64,000 nt of DNA from Lingula anatina (lineage: Eukaryota > Animalia > Brachiopoda): the NCBI GenBank assembly GCA_051362555.1, contig CM120644.1, forward strand, positions 9,370,954-9,434,953. Direction: 5' to 3'. Below the pieces are notes generated by a model. The model was not told the DNA's origin and did not search any database. It saw only the letters and a list, made by a program, of their open reading frames with translations. The first letter of the stretch is position 1; each line of letters begins with the position of its first letter. Shown in pieces: positions 38,989-51,542 of the stretch. The position numbers and the translations under genes were made by a program.

Positions 38989-40345
38989 TATTTCTTAAAT
39001 TTTAAAGGCATATAGTCGTCAACAATGTCACGTTCTGGCTAAATGTTCATTTCACTGAGCTGGAAAAACAAAGTTGATCCATGTGCTTTTTATTTCTGAC
39101 ACCGTTGTTACCGATAGCTTGAAACTGTCAAAATGCATAATGGTCAAAAAACATTGGTCCTCTGGTGACAAACATTTGAAATTCAAGCGGTGAGCTGCTG
39201 GTCCAAGGCAATTGAAAAACAACATGAAGTGTTCAAATGACTGAATCCAGTTAGATACTGGACAGCCTTTGCATTTTGCTGGTACAGCATGATGCTTTCT
39301 CTTGTGTCTGATGATGTAATGATATCACACTGGGAAGCTGTACTTTCTTTTTGGCTCTCACCAGGACAGTCTTCATGTTTGTCTTCCACTGCTTCATCTG
39401 CTCGAGACTCAACCTATAGGATACAACAAAAAATAAATACATAAGTTAATAAATTACTCAAAGTAAAATACTTCATGTATTAATTTTAATTGTGTTTAAA
39501 CACATAAAATTGGTGTAGATGACAGAAATGACGCAGATCTGACTGCCTCTTGTCCTGTTTAGTCCGTCTCTTGTATTTTTAGTATTTACACAGATAATTA
39601 TACAAATAAAAATAAACATTTTATTTATAAATCTGTTATTATATCATGTGTTATATTTACCTCCATGAATACAATCAGGAGCTGTTAGTAGGCCTACTGT
39701 CACCGGATCTAATACTTTGCAGCTTTTAGCTAGACAGCTGATGATGGTACGTCTTTCACTTTATTAAATGGGAATATGGATGGTATCGTTCCTGGCTTCA
39801 GTCTTTTTCTCTTATCTGCAAAAGGAGTGCACATAACGATTATTAATACAATAAAAATCAAGTTGCCTTAATTTGAAAACGTGGCCTTTAAAAAAACTCA
39901 TGGATTAAATCACATAAAAACGAAGAAATAATTGTATTGGTTGGTCGGGGTTGGCCCGGGCTCGGTAGCTTAGTCGGTAGAGTGTTTTCTCCCCCCAAAT
40001 CGCTACATAATGTTAGGTGAAGAATGTCTTAAAATTAACATTCTAAGCACGTTACACGATATAATTACTTAAACATCGATAACAAAGACCTAATGAATAA
40101 GTTGACAAACTCATTATTAATACTAAAAGCGACAATAACAAGTACAACTTACGTAGAAGTGTAATCTTCCTCACGAAAGTGGAGGAAACAGACTTTGTCA
40201 TGTGCCTTTGGTTTCCATAGTGTTTTTGATGTAGAATCAACCCTCCTGATGGCAACTTTCCACTGGTAACTTAGCTTTGTGTCTTTCGGAAAGAATGACC
40301 TCCTGTTGACGATGTACATTCCCGAACACAACAGTATCCTGGCAT
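38988..40345 (-). pseudogene. THAP-domain Harbinger-like transposase remnant
   Basis: Exon 40345-40153 reads MPGYCCVREC...HSF/PKD...W...IRR...WKP...VCFLHFREEDY (THAP C2CH, one frameshift). Exon 39815-39661 reads KRKRLKPGTIPSIF (AVPTIF box). The exon from 39413 has YLTGF, LSPEDQCFLT, TVSEI..TWINF and YMPLKFKKY, typical of the HTH region before the DDE core. Multiple stops and frameshifts; DDE domain deleted. Confidence 0.85.
39960..39984 (+). other. tRNA-like A-box fragment (possible truncated SINE head)
   Basis: GCTCGGTAGCTTAGTCGGTAGAGTG resembles a tRNA 5' half/D-arm. No anticodon arm, B box or acceptor stem follows. Confidence 0.4.
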
Positions 40346-43300
40346 TATTTAGAGCGATATTTACAGCGTCAGATTAAAAATGAAACTGCAACCACACGAG
40401 AAAGTACGCGCATGCGCAAAAGTACCCCAACTAAAACACGCGCGCCACCCAGTGGTGAAAAAAACTGATAGCCCCATTGGAAATGCATCCCTCTTCTGAT
40501 TTTAGGTCTAAAGATGTGTTTCTTGTCAATTTGGTGCAACATGGAAGTTTATTTGAAGGTACAGGACTAAATTCAATTTCATAATGGATGGATAGGATAT
40601 CAAAGGGGTTAGGGTTGCTGTTGAGAGATGAGCTAAACAAAATCATCTGAGATGAGTCTGGTAAAGCTAGGCTAGCCCAGCTATAATGGAAATGCGACCA
40701 CAGTTTTGTCCATGCTGGTCAGCATTTTGTCCCGAGTCACTGACCACAGCTGGACAGATTGCATGATGGAGGGATATTACACTGATGAAGTTACACATTT
40801 AGTTTTTTTGCTGGGGCACTGGTTTAGATCTGTAGATATGTTAAGGAATGTAGAATGTGTATTATGTGAGGGCATTTTTACAGTTAAGTGAGCAGAACAT
40901 GTGCATGTATAGTAAGAGATGTATTCTGGGTTTGGTGATGCCCTTCTCTTTATATCCTACTGAGACACGGATCTTTCCATTTTAACTTCAAAATATCACA
41001 ACTCAAAAAAAGATCTCTTGCTTTCTCTTTCTCTCTCTCTTTCTCATTTGTTTTTGGTGTCATTGTAATACGCAAAATATTTGTCATCTTAAGTAGTGAC
41101 TTTCGGCAAATTTCCAATTTTTGGAAAGCCAGAAATTAAATATCACTAACCTAGGTGGCCCCTGGTCCCCTCACCATATTATTGTCCAACTTTTTCATTG
41201 AATGACGCTCTCATCTCTATTTGAGGAGAGGAGATAGAAGATACCAGTATGAATATTGCATTTTAGTATCACTTTTGGTGACATTGTCAACTGTCTCTGG
41301 TGTCACAAAATATGAGTCACCCATCGCTGTCACCCAGTATCCCCCTGCTCCCCCCCCCCTTTTCATGTCCACTACCCTCACTGACCCTGGTGACAAGTGG
41401 TCATTTGTGAGTCATGGTGCCTCTGGCCATCCCTCTCTGTGTGGAGTCAGCAGGCAGGGGGAGATAAACTGACCTGGTATATATTTATACAGGTATATTA
41501 TACAGAATGGCTAATTTGGGCAGTCCTTTAATTAGAGAGAGAGAGAGAGATGACCATTAACTTAATGATCATCCCTGTCTCTCCATCCAGCTCTGAGTCC
41601 TCGGTGACAACAAGAAGGGGGAGATTGACTGTACTGAATATATTTGTATGTTAGATGGTAAATGGAGCTCTGAATCATCTCTCTCTCTCTCTCTCACTGT
41701 ATGTGTACAAAGTCACATTGCCTGCTACTCATGGGAACAGTAAGACCAGGGACACTGGGCTGGGCACTTCTGGTTGTGGGGAAACAGGGCCTCCCACACT
41801 TGACATAGGGACTTTTATTGAAAGATAAAACTGTCAAGTTTGAAGTGTCTGCTAAAGATTGGTGTGGTTTATCTGGTGTTCACAGGTGGGTGATGTTGGA
41901 GACGTCTGATATTGATATCTGCTAAAACTATAATAATGTTCAGCAAACATTTTGAGATTGAAATCTAACTGCCAAGCTATTTCTTTTATCAGCGATATAT
42001 GATGGTGTACTAGTAGGTTGAAGTATTTGAAGTTAGCTGCTTTATGTAGTTATCTTTTTGATAGATGGTGCCAGGAGGTATTACAGTGAGATAACGGAAA
42101 ATGTTGAAAGATATGACTTGATGTTTCAAGATATCATAACAGCCAAAATTTATCTGGATATCAAGAATGTTTTACAGTAGCTATATTTAACTTTTTTTGT
42201 ATATTATTATCTTTAATGGTGATAATGTTGTTTTCTTTGATATCTGTCCACATATATAGAGGACAGATCTGTCAATTTCTCACAAAATTTTACTAGTGTT
42301 GGTTGGATTGAGAGAGAGAGAGAGAGAAAGCGAAAGAGTATAGTGTATTGGTGTGTCCCCAGTGGAAGTGTAAAATTGAAAGTAAACAGCAATGAGTAAG
42401 TGCAAACTTGAGTTCACATGCTGCTACCACTCACATTTAAACAACACTCCTGGCAATTACTAAACATGTTATTATAGTGATATGATGGTATCTGATGAAA
42501 CACTGTCACCGAATAGTTGAGTAAGGAAATTGAAGTTTCAAGCACAGTAACTAAATTTGTGTCTATTAAATAGCACTCCTAGTGGTACATAGAATATGTT
42601 GGTGCAATGAGTGTCCTGAAACTAAACTCCAATAATGATGATGTGTATTATATATTTACACCATGATATTACTGTTAGGTACAGTAACGATTTATTGCCA
42701 AAGGTGCGCTGTCTCATAAATCGGGAGAGGGTTGGCCATGTTGTGGTTCATCCCTCATTGGTTTAGTTTAGATATATATTAAATATATATTAGTTTTAGA
42801 ATGTGTCATTACATTTATAACAAGGACATGACTTGTACTTAAACAACCTGTACTCAGTTATGATATAAAGTTTCAATATATATGTCTGAGGTGTGCTGAC
42901 TGATAGGGATGGTGGGGAGTGACCCAGATATAGGTCAACTCTGTGTTATCATCAATTTGAAATATATACACGTTAAAGGTAACGTTGTGAGAAGAGAAGG
43001 TATTTTTACAGCAGTAACTGTTAAAATGGACATGTTAACAATGGTAAAAGAAGAAGTCAAATATTCACACATAATGAAAATGTCAAAAAAAAATGGCTGT
43101 GAACTTTAAATGCTGCATCATGGCATTGATTTAGTTTTATATTTTACTAGCAGAATAACTTGATTTTATTCCGTTACTTTCATTTTGTTTAAAGGTATTG
43201 TTAAGTGTTCTTAATACAGAGACAAAAAATTAATGAATTACCACAGTGAACTCAATTTCAGATGTGTCCACAACGTGATGATGAGCATTAGGTATATAAA

Positions 43301-43766
43301 GAACACGTTAGCTATTAGCACATATAATACATTAAGCATACAGTGGTGAAAGTTAAGGATATATTTTTGGGATTATAGCCATAAGCTGATTGTGAAAATT
43401 TTGTAAAGCTTTATATTTTTAACTTTCTTTTAACCTACAGTATCATATTTTTCCACAGGTCCAGGGAAGCTGCAAGGAAAGAACAAAATATGAAAAATTA
43501 AATCTCCAGAACGAGAAGACTATCTGAGTTATACAACTAAACTCATTTGCAGTTAAGATGCAAAACTGACTCAGAAGAAGAAAACCAAAGCCACATTTCT
43601 TAATTTTAAGCAACGAAAATGTATTAGTTCTCAGAAAGGAAGAGGGAACTAAACTGTAATTACTTGATATCCAACACATAATCAGGATGATGAATTAATG
43701 CACCACCAGATTTAAGGACTAATATTAACAGTGCAGCATTTGTCTGTTGAAAATATATTATAAAAG

Positions 43767-43980
43767 ATGGCTTCCACGATCAGCACGCCTTCGGGTCCCA
43801 ATACCAGCGACCTGCCATATTTGTCGCAGTTGACCTCCCAGATGACCCCAGCGCTGACAACGGTCAGTGAGGACCCTCCACTGGTCGTCAATAGATGTGA
43901 TATTGTCTACAAGTACGACGTAGCTCCAGCCACGATATGTGCTGTCTGTTTTGTGTTTGGGGTCCTGTATGCATTTCTAG
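43767..43980 (+). CDS. TMEM198: Transmembrane protein 198, coding exon 1
   Basis: From the ATG: ...CDIVYKYDVAPATICAVCFVFGVLYAFLG, ending at donor G|gtaagt (phase 1). Confidence 0.92.
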
Positions 43981-44129
43981 GTAAGTTTTATTAATTTTTT
44001 CCTATTAATATTTGAAAAACTTGACTTCTTTAAAGGTCCATTTATTGAATTTAAAAGTACAAATTGTGACATGCTAGCACACATGAATATGTTTTACAGA
44101 TATCATGGAGTATATTTTCCAACTTTCAG

Positions 44130-44699
44130 GTTACCGTTTCTTCAAGGCCATCATGTTCATGACAGGCTTCATATTCGGCAGTGTATTAACATATGTTCTC
44201 CTGGATGAGCACAGTCAGTTACCCACCGAGGCAAACGCTGGGATTGCCGTGGGCGTAGGGGTACTTCTTGGACTCATTACTATGCTAGTACAATACGTAG
44301 GACTCTTTGCAACAGGATTTACCTTTGGATTATTCCTCGCAACAATATTTCTAGTCATTTTAGAACTTTTTTACCATCCGTCCACGAAATGGATTAGTAT
44401 TGGAGTTTTATTCATTCTTGGAGTAGTGTTTGCTCTGTTAGCGCTAAAATTCCAAAAATCCATGACAGTTTTAGGGACTTCGTTATTCGGAGGTGCTCTG
44501 ATGTTTATCTGCTTGGATTATTATGCTGAACTGTTCATCATGTCAATGCATATATTAAATGTCCTGAAGGTGGAGCCAGAAGCTCAAGACAGGCTCTGCT
44601 GGTTCAGCTGGGTTATTGCAGGCGTATGGCTGCTGATATTTGTGCTGGGTGTGGTGATACAGTGGAAGCTGACATCAAAGGGCTGTGATCACAGGGATG
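44130..44699 (+). CDS. TMEM198: Transmembrane protein 198, coding exon 2 (multi-pass TM core)
   Basis: GYRFFKAIMFMTGFIFGS...GLITMLVQYVGLFATG...TSLFGGA...LDYY...CWFSW...GVVIQWKLT, characteristic of the TMEM198 family; canonical splice sites in phase. Confidence 0.95.
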
Positions 44700-46034
44700 G
44701 TAAGTATCATGGTCAGGCGTGAATGTTGTTGAAGAGGCACAGATGAGATTTAAGCCTGATTTTTCTAAGATCTTTAAGTACATGCTGTTATTTTGAACTT
44801 GCAGAGTTAGGTGATGACTTAACTAAAAATTCAGTGGTGGGAAGCAAGCTTGTGTGGAGAGAGAACGAGAGAGATAGACTGGATGAAAAGAGTGAGGATG
44901 ATGAGAAGTAGAGAAAGGTTCTTTATTTCCTCTTAGGCTGTCTTATATATGGTGTAAGGAACATGCATGCACACACACACACACACACACACATACACTA
45001 ATTATCCCTTCTCTTCTGAAGATCAAAGCAATTTCTGGAAAGTCAATCTCAGGGATATGAAGACATTAAGGCAAACTACCAGTCACTTAGATGTCAAGTT
45101 ATTTGTCTCTTTGAGGCAGATTACATCAATTCCAGCTCTGATTGCCAAAGCTAAAATAGCCTTCATCTCCGGTGTCTCTCACCCCATTTGGTGAGAGTAT
45201 GTTCACATAAAGCCTTGATGGATTGTGTCTGAAATGGTCTCAATGACAGGCAGTACGTACACAGCATGGCATATTGGAGATGGCTTTTAGCCTGGTGTGT
45301 GTGCATGTGCGTGCATGCTTGTGTGTGAAAGAGAGAGAGAGAGAGTGCTAGAGAGAGAGATGAGTTGTGGGGAGGGGAAACCATAGATAGCCTGTACTAC
45401 TACAATAATGATATCTGACAAAATAAATCATAAGGACCAGTGGGTTGAGCTCTGTCTCTAGATCAAGCAGATGTGTGAATATGGCCAAAGTCTCGCCCAC
45501 TGCCTTATGAAAAACATTTTAGTCAATACATTAAATCTGCCCGGACAGTTTTTGAGGGAAATGTTAACTTGGGACGTAAATGTCAATTTTAAGAGGGTTT
45601 TGATAGTAAATGCTATCTTTCATCTGTTATGTCATGTGTGAAGACACTAGCTGTGTTAGTTGGTTAAAATAGCACAGGAGATTTTTGATAAATGTCATTT
45701 TCATTTGCATACTTATATGTATCTAATGGCATAGGTACTGTGGGACAGATTTTTTGTATTACAAGGAATGATAAAATTTTCTTTTAATTTGCTTATTTGA
45801 ATTTTGCATTTATATTTTACATTTTGAAATGCAATCAGTTATAATGATGAAAGTAGAAAATTAATGCTTAAGTGTAAGCTGCATACCAGTGACTTATATT
45901 TTAATTGTGGAATGAGATGGAAGGCAGTAAAAGTGAAGTGTATAGGAATAAACTGATCTAATACACAATTACAATTAATTGTTGAGCAAGGGAGGTATTT
46001 TAAGTAAATTGATCATGCCCATTAATTATTACAG

Positions 46035-46180
46035 TGAAAATAAGATCAAAGAAACATAGGAAAGTAAACCTCCAAAAGATTCGTTCCCGGGAGAAAGAAT
46101 ACCGCTCTGAGGAAGATCCCAACACCAGGTACCGCCACTTGTACCAGATACGACGCAGCAATGGGGATGTCATATCTCGG
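46035..46180 (+). CDS. TMEM198: Transmembrane protein 198, coding exon 3
   Basis: In-phase exon VKIRSKKHRKVNLQKIR...RYRHLYQIRRSNGDVISR; the GDV motif matches the recalled TMEM198 cytoplasmic tail. Confidence 0.9.
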
Positions 46181-46445
46181 GTAAGTTGTCTGAAACAAAT
46201 ACAAATTTTAAAGGTGCTAAATTTGTCTTACACCTTTTTCAGGATAGGATTAAGAAATCTTTAAACAAAGAAATATTTAATACTTAGTACTTATATTTCT
46301 TTGAAAGGATTATAAGGGTGATGCATGTCTGTACAGAGCACTTCAGGTTTTTTAAACGTGTTGGTGGAACCTGTGATACATTATGTCGACTATGGTCACT
46401 GAAAATTCTTATTCTTTATTTACACATTTTGATCTTTGTTTCCAG

Positions 46446-46643
46446 AGCATTATAGATCACATCCACCCAAAAATGTCTCCCACAACACACAAACTGACCA
46501 GTGATGATGACCATCCGCCATATGGAGTGACCAACCTTGAACTGACCAATAAGTCGGAACAAGATCGGCCTTTCGGGATGACCCCTGACATTGAGAGTGC
46601 CAATACCACACTGACACAGGTGGCTCCTGAAGGTCAAAGTTGA
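46446..46643 (+). CDS. TMEM198: Transmembrane protein 198, terminal coding exon
   Basis: Acceptor tgtttccag, phase 0, reads SIIDHIHPKMSP...QVAPEGQS*. The spliced CDS is 1128 nt (375 aa). Confidence 0.85.
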   Translation, partial: SIIDHIHPKMSPTTHKLTSDDDHPPYGVTNLELTNKSEQDRPFGMTPDIESANTTLTQVAPEGQS

Positions 46644-48040
46644 AAGGTCACAATGATGTCAGGTTGAAGGTTGACCAATCAGTAAACTTCACTGTGTCAA
46701 TAATAGGGTCAAAGATGAAAGTTCATGACAGATGTCGTGTGATTTTGAAGTGACCAATCAGGGATGAGTCAAAGATTGCTGTGTTCACACTGAGCTGTAT
46801 TGGGGGAATATTGCCCTCAGGGAGGAAGTATTTCCCTGCAATCCATGTAACCCAGACCCAACTGATCTTGAATTGCACAGTTGATGGTAAACACGTATGG
46901 GGTAATGTCCATTTCTTCTAAAGGAGGCAATTCCTTCTTGATTATGTTCTCATGCAGACATCAGTTTGAAAGTCAAGCAGAGGAATCTTGGAATGATTCA
47001 GATGAAAATGAGGCAAGAGCCAAAAAGCATACATCAAAGAGAGACCAGTCAAAACCACATGTACTTCTTGTGTGGTTTTCATTTGATATAATGTGAACAC
47101 AACTGGTTATATGAAGCAAAAACTGAACTAGAATGAAAATGAACGGCAATAAAAGTTGACTTCAAGGAATACCCAGTCACAGACATGTTCATTTTCTAAA
47201 ATAAACAAGTGAAACTTATCACAGAAGAAAATGGGTCATTTGATGTCAAACAACAATGAAATATGAGAAACTGCGGGCATTCAAAATGTCCAGTCAAAGG
47301 CAAATACTAACAGAACTGGGAGATGATATCTTGTCACAGGGAGAGCTAATTTAGTCAGAGACATGTGTTCCAGTGAAATTCCTCCCACAGTGCAGAGAGC
47401 TTTTCATATAAACGCTCAATTGAAATGGCTCTTGATTCCTATTACTGTGTGATGAAAAGGGGCAAAAGAACATGGAGAAATGGAGAGGTATTTCCCAATT
47501 AACTGACTTATTGATTTGCTGCTAGCCATGCCTTTCTGCAAGTGAATTCATACAAACACACAAACCCTTAATATGGTGGTCTTAGAATAAAAAAGGGCAA
47601 GAAATATATAACATATTGGACTTCTCATCACATATTGTATGTAGCGTGTTCATAAAACCACTTTGAGATGTTTTTAGTCATATTTTCATTGATTTGATGA
47701 TTATTTTATACCTTTGGTTTTAAATTAGCTTAAGTATAGCTACTTGCAATGAATGAAACCAGGATAATATGAATAGAAAACGTGTCAGTCTTTGGAATTA
47801 GATTGTGCTGGATGAAAAGTGGTTTGAAAGAAAATTACAAGTCTTTGTTGACTTATTGACTTGGTATTTACTGTGATTCAAGAAGATAAAGGGATTCCAT
47901 CCATATATTGACTAAGTAGAAATAAGTAGATGTCACAAGTATTTAGGTGGTGAGAAACTGCGGTGATAAATGAATATGAGCTCAGTATTTGAAAGGAGAG
48001 CGAGAGAATGAATAAGATTGAGTCTTGTGAAAGTATTTGT

Positions 48041-48074
<34 letters not shown>

Positions 48075-48937
48075 CATTGGCACTTTTTGCAGGTTGAATA
48101 ATGGAGTTGAAACTGAAAATTGTATCATTCTGGGACATTGACTTCATTGTATAAAACCTCTGAACACATGAAATGTTGGCAAAAATAACTTGCTGTCAAA
48201 TGGAAGTAGTTTGTTGGTGACACAACAGCCACACAATATTATTGACATGCACTCTGTGTCTGGGCTTAAATTGCCAAAGCTTTTACAGGAAATACCAGCT
48301 TTGCCAATACTTAATGTGAAGCAATTCTTAATGGAAATGGTTTAACATTGGCTTGGCCCATGTTTACAAGGGTCAGTATCGATGTGCCACAGAAACACAT
48401 GCCAGGTATTGATGAATCTGAAAGAGGGTTTACACATTTGGATTGGAGCTGTACACGGACCAGGTGTGCTGTAAATCCCAGTGTTCAGAAAGTAGTGCTG
48501 AACTGATGAGGAATAGAGTGTTATTATGTGGAAGGTAACTGTGTCGGGTGTTATTGGACCTGTGTATGGTCACTCTCAGGCACTAAATCTGAACAAAGCT
48601 AATATTAATTTTCTTTCCCCAAAACTCTTTTGAAGTAGTACCTTGATAAAAGGACAAATTTGGAAAGTCTGAAAAGAGATTTGGATGCATGCCATAAACA
48701 GCTTTTGTGTGTAATATAAAATGATGACCCTGAAAGAAAAAAAAAAGCATTGGAATAAAGCAGACATGTCCAATTTGCGAGCAGTTGCAAAAACAATGTA
48801 CCTTTAGTGAGAAAAGAGCCCATACTTGAAACCGGTAGCTGCTGAACTGTGTACAGGAAACTATACATTTTTATTAGTGAATCTGTAAATTGTTCTCTTT
48901 ATGGCATACATCTGATCCAAGACTTAATCTTCTCTAT

Positions 48938-49112
48938 GGCCCCATTCAGAATAGGGGACTTACTAGTTCGAGGATCAAATATGGCGACCCACTTCAAAGC
49001 ATGCCGTCTAATCGGCTAATAGACAATGAATAGATTTCCCTTGGGGAAGTATTCAAGTGGGTCGGCCATATTTGGCCCTCGAACTAGTTAGTCCCCTATC
49101 CTGAATGGGGCC
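48938..49112. mobile_element. Hairpin MITE, 175 bp, with ~57-bp TIRs
   Basis: GGCCCCATTCAGAATAGGGGACTTACTAGTTCGAGG is inverted at the right end with few mismatches; TAT on both flanks. Confidence 0.9.
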
Positions 49113-49739
49113 TATAACGATTACAGCAATTTACCTTGACTAGTTAAATTTATAAGAAAATCATCTTCCAAATATTAATGCTCATTCAATAAAAGAGAGG
49201 CTTACGGTTTTAACACAGTTGTTTAGGTTTTTAGTGGATTTTGTTTAAAATATCAGTATTTTCATGTTTTGATCTCATTTTATAAGTGAACATTTTAGTA
49301 TCAATAAGATAATTTTCATTTGTACTTGAATTGATCAGTCTGAATATTTTATGATTTCATGTATTTTAAGGGGTTGGAAGAAAGATTTTAGATACACTCA
49401 TAGTCTGGTTAATGATAACAAGTTACAAGCTGGAACAATACTATATAAAGATTGACAGCTTATGAAACCTGATGAAACCAGGTGAACTTACATCTGTTTA
49501 TACGATGCATTTGAATGGCTGTACAAGTTTTATGATTTTTCTAGTATTGTATATAAAATGAATTCCCAGGAAAGTACAATTGGAAGAGAAAGCAGTGGAG
49601 TGGCATTGGAAGATGTATATATTGTTCTTTTTAGTCATTATTGTGCAAATACAGTTAAACTGTATCTCATTGTGTAGTTTGACTTACAGTCCATGCCTTA
49701 ACTCACTGCATCAGTGCTTAAAGTCATTTTTTTACATTG

Positions 49740-49745
49740 AATAAA
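49740..49745 (+). terminator. Candidate distal polyadenylation signal for TMEM198
   Basis: AATAAA followed about 17 nt later by the GT-rich TGTGTTGTTTTTGTG. More proximal AATAAA hexamers exist (for example near 47148). Confidence 0.4.
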
Positions 49746-49966
49746 TGTATTAAGAGAGATAATGTGTTGTTTTTGTGATGTCCAAAATTTTAAAAAAGAC
49801 ATTGCTACAACTATGTCTAATAAAATTTGTAATTAAACTGCATTCCAGTTAATGATACAATACATTTCCTAGTAGACTTTCATAAAAATATATTTTATCA
49901 CAATTATAGTAATTTGCTTGAAAATAAGAAATACAAACATCTGAAACAGTATAATAGTTTTTCCTC

Positions 49967-50000
<34 letters not shown>

Positions 50001-50387
50001 TACAGTGTCTGCACTTTGGCACCAAAACTAAGTATTGTGGAATTTTCTAAGTGCCAGAATTGAAAACTTGGCTGTATCAGTTGTTCTTGTGACAGTGTCA
50101 AGGAGGAATGTGTTAGGTGTGCCAAGGTTTATTTTGGATTTCCTCTAACACAATCACAACATATCTTCACATGTGCTTTACTTGTTGCAATCAGGATTTT
50201 AAAAACATGATTTGAAATACTCTTTATTAATTTATTTTCTATGCTGGCACATGATTTCAAATTCTATGCTGGCAAACTGTGTAAAACTAAACAAGATCCT
50301 ATTCATTTTTAAGTATCATACTTCTTTCCAGGTACTTTCCTTGCATGTTTTAACCTTCCCTTTGATTGCTATTTCCTTCAACAGTCA

Positions 50388-50432
<45 letters not shown>

Positions 50433-51542
50433 TAGAAACATTTAGTATTTAAACATTCTTAATTTTTTATAAATGGATCTAATGAAAAAAGACATAACAT
50501 TATATTTTCTTGATGTAGATCTTTGTAATGTGAAATCCAAAACCCCAGGAGACATTCAATTTTGAAATTAATGGGTTTCAAAGCCCCCCCCCCCCCCCCC
50601 CCACCTTTATTTCTTTGGCATACATATAGTCAGCTTTTCTTCAGCGTATCACTTACTGTGCATGTGCTCTCTTAATTCTATTTTGTTTGACCTAGTTACC
50701 TAAATATATCATTAGTTGAACAAAGAGATTAACAAAGACAACTAGCAAATTATACTCAAGTGTTGTGTGCTGCCAACCATTAAGTATAGTAGCGTGTCCT
50801 GGCATAAAACACAATGGCATTGCGTGTGCTTTAATCCACAAGGCATCCTTTCATCTCAGTATCACATGCTGAAAGGAGGGTCTTCTCAATGATTTAATTA
50901 TATGTCTATATCTTGATTCACCTAGCTACAATATCACTTCTTTCATGGTAAGTCTACTTTTTTGCTTTTTTTACTGTCACAATGGTGTAACCATATATTT
51001 CAGCATTTCTCAATTTGTCTTGATGTTAACGTAACTTAATATTGAATAATGCAATGATTTCTGAATCAATTACTATCTAAATCTTGGCAAATTTTCTACA
51101 TATAATTAATGGATGTAACAAACGGCCATATCACGGAAAACCTTTGAAGTAATAATAAACAATTTGTGACAGTAAACATCATTAAATTTATTAGTCATAA
51201 ACAAGCTGAATAATAAAACTGACTTTCATGTATTGACAATATATTAACAGTTTATCTACTTCCAGTTAACAAAGCACAAGATTTTCAATGCCTGTATATA
51301 TTATTATTTCTTTATACCTCAATGTACTACACCCTCTTAACTAAATTCATTTTTTTTTTTTTTTTGTTTTTCATTTCTTATCTTTTTCCTAATATCTTTC
51401 AGTTAGTTTCCAGTTTTCTCCATAATTGTGTATACTTTCAATTCCTTAGACTAGATACACAAACTCTCTTTTGCACAAGTTCCTAATAAAGGCCAAAGAG
51501 CTACAGTTAAACACAATATAAATTGCTAAATATTCATGGCCA

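Larger units (their letters stand above)
37835..40475. mobile_element. Internally deleted ISL2EU-type (PIF/Harbinger-related) DNA transposon, 2641 bp
   Basis: TIRs GGGGCTAT and ATAGCCCC flanked by AT. It contains convergent remnants of a SAP/YqaJ exonuclease gene (+) and a THAP-HTH transposase gene (-), the two-gene layout known for ISL2EU. Confidence 0.88.

Noticed and set aside
39954-40000. Possible tRNA gene
   Set aside because: Only an A-box/D-arm-like segment is present; no cloverleaf or B box.
44105-44129. ATG at 44105 as the start of the 205-aa membrane protein
   Set aside because: It lies in the intron upstream of the acceptor at 44129; the in-phase upstream exon supplies the first TM helix.
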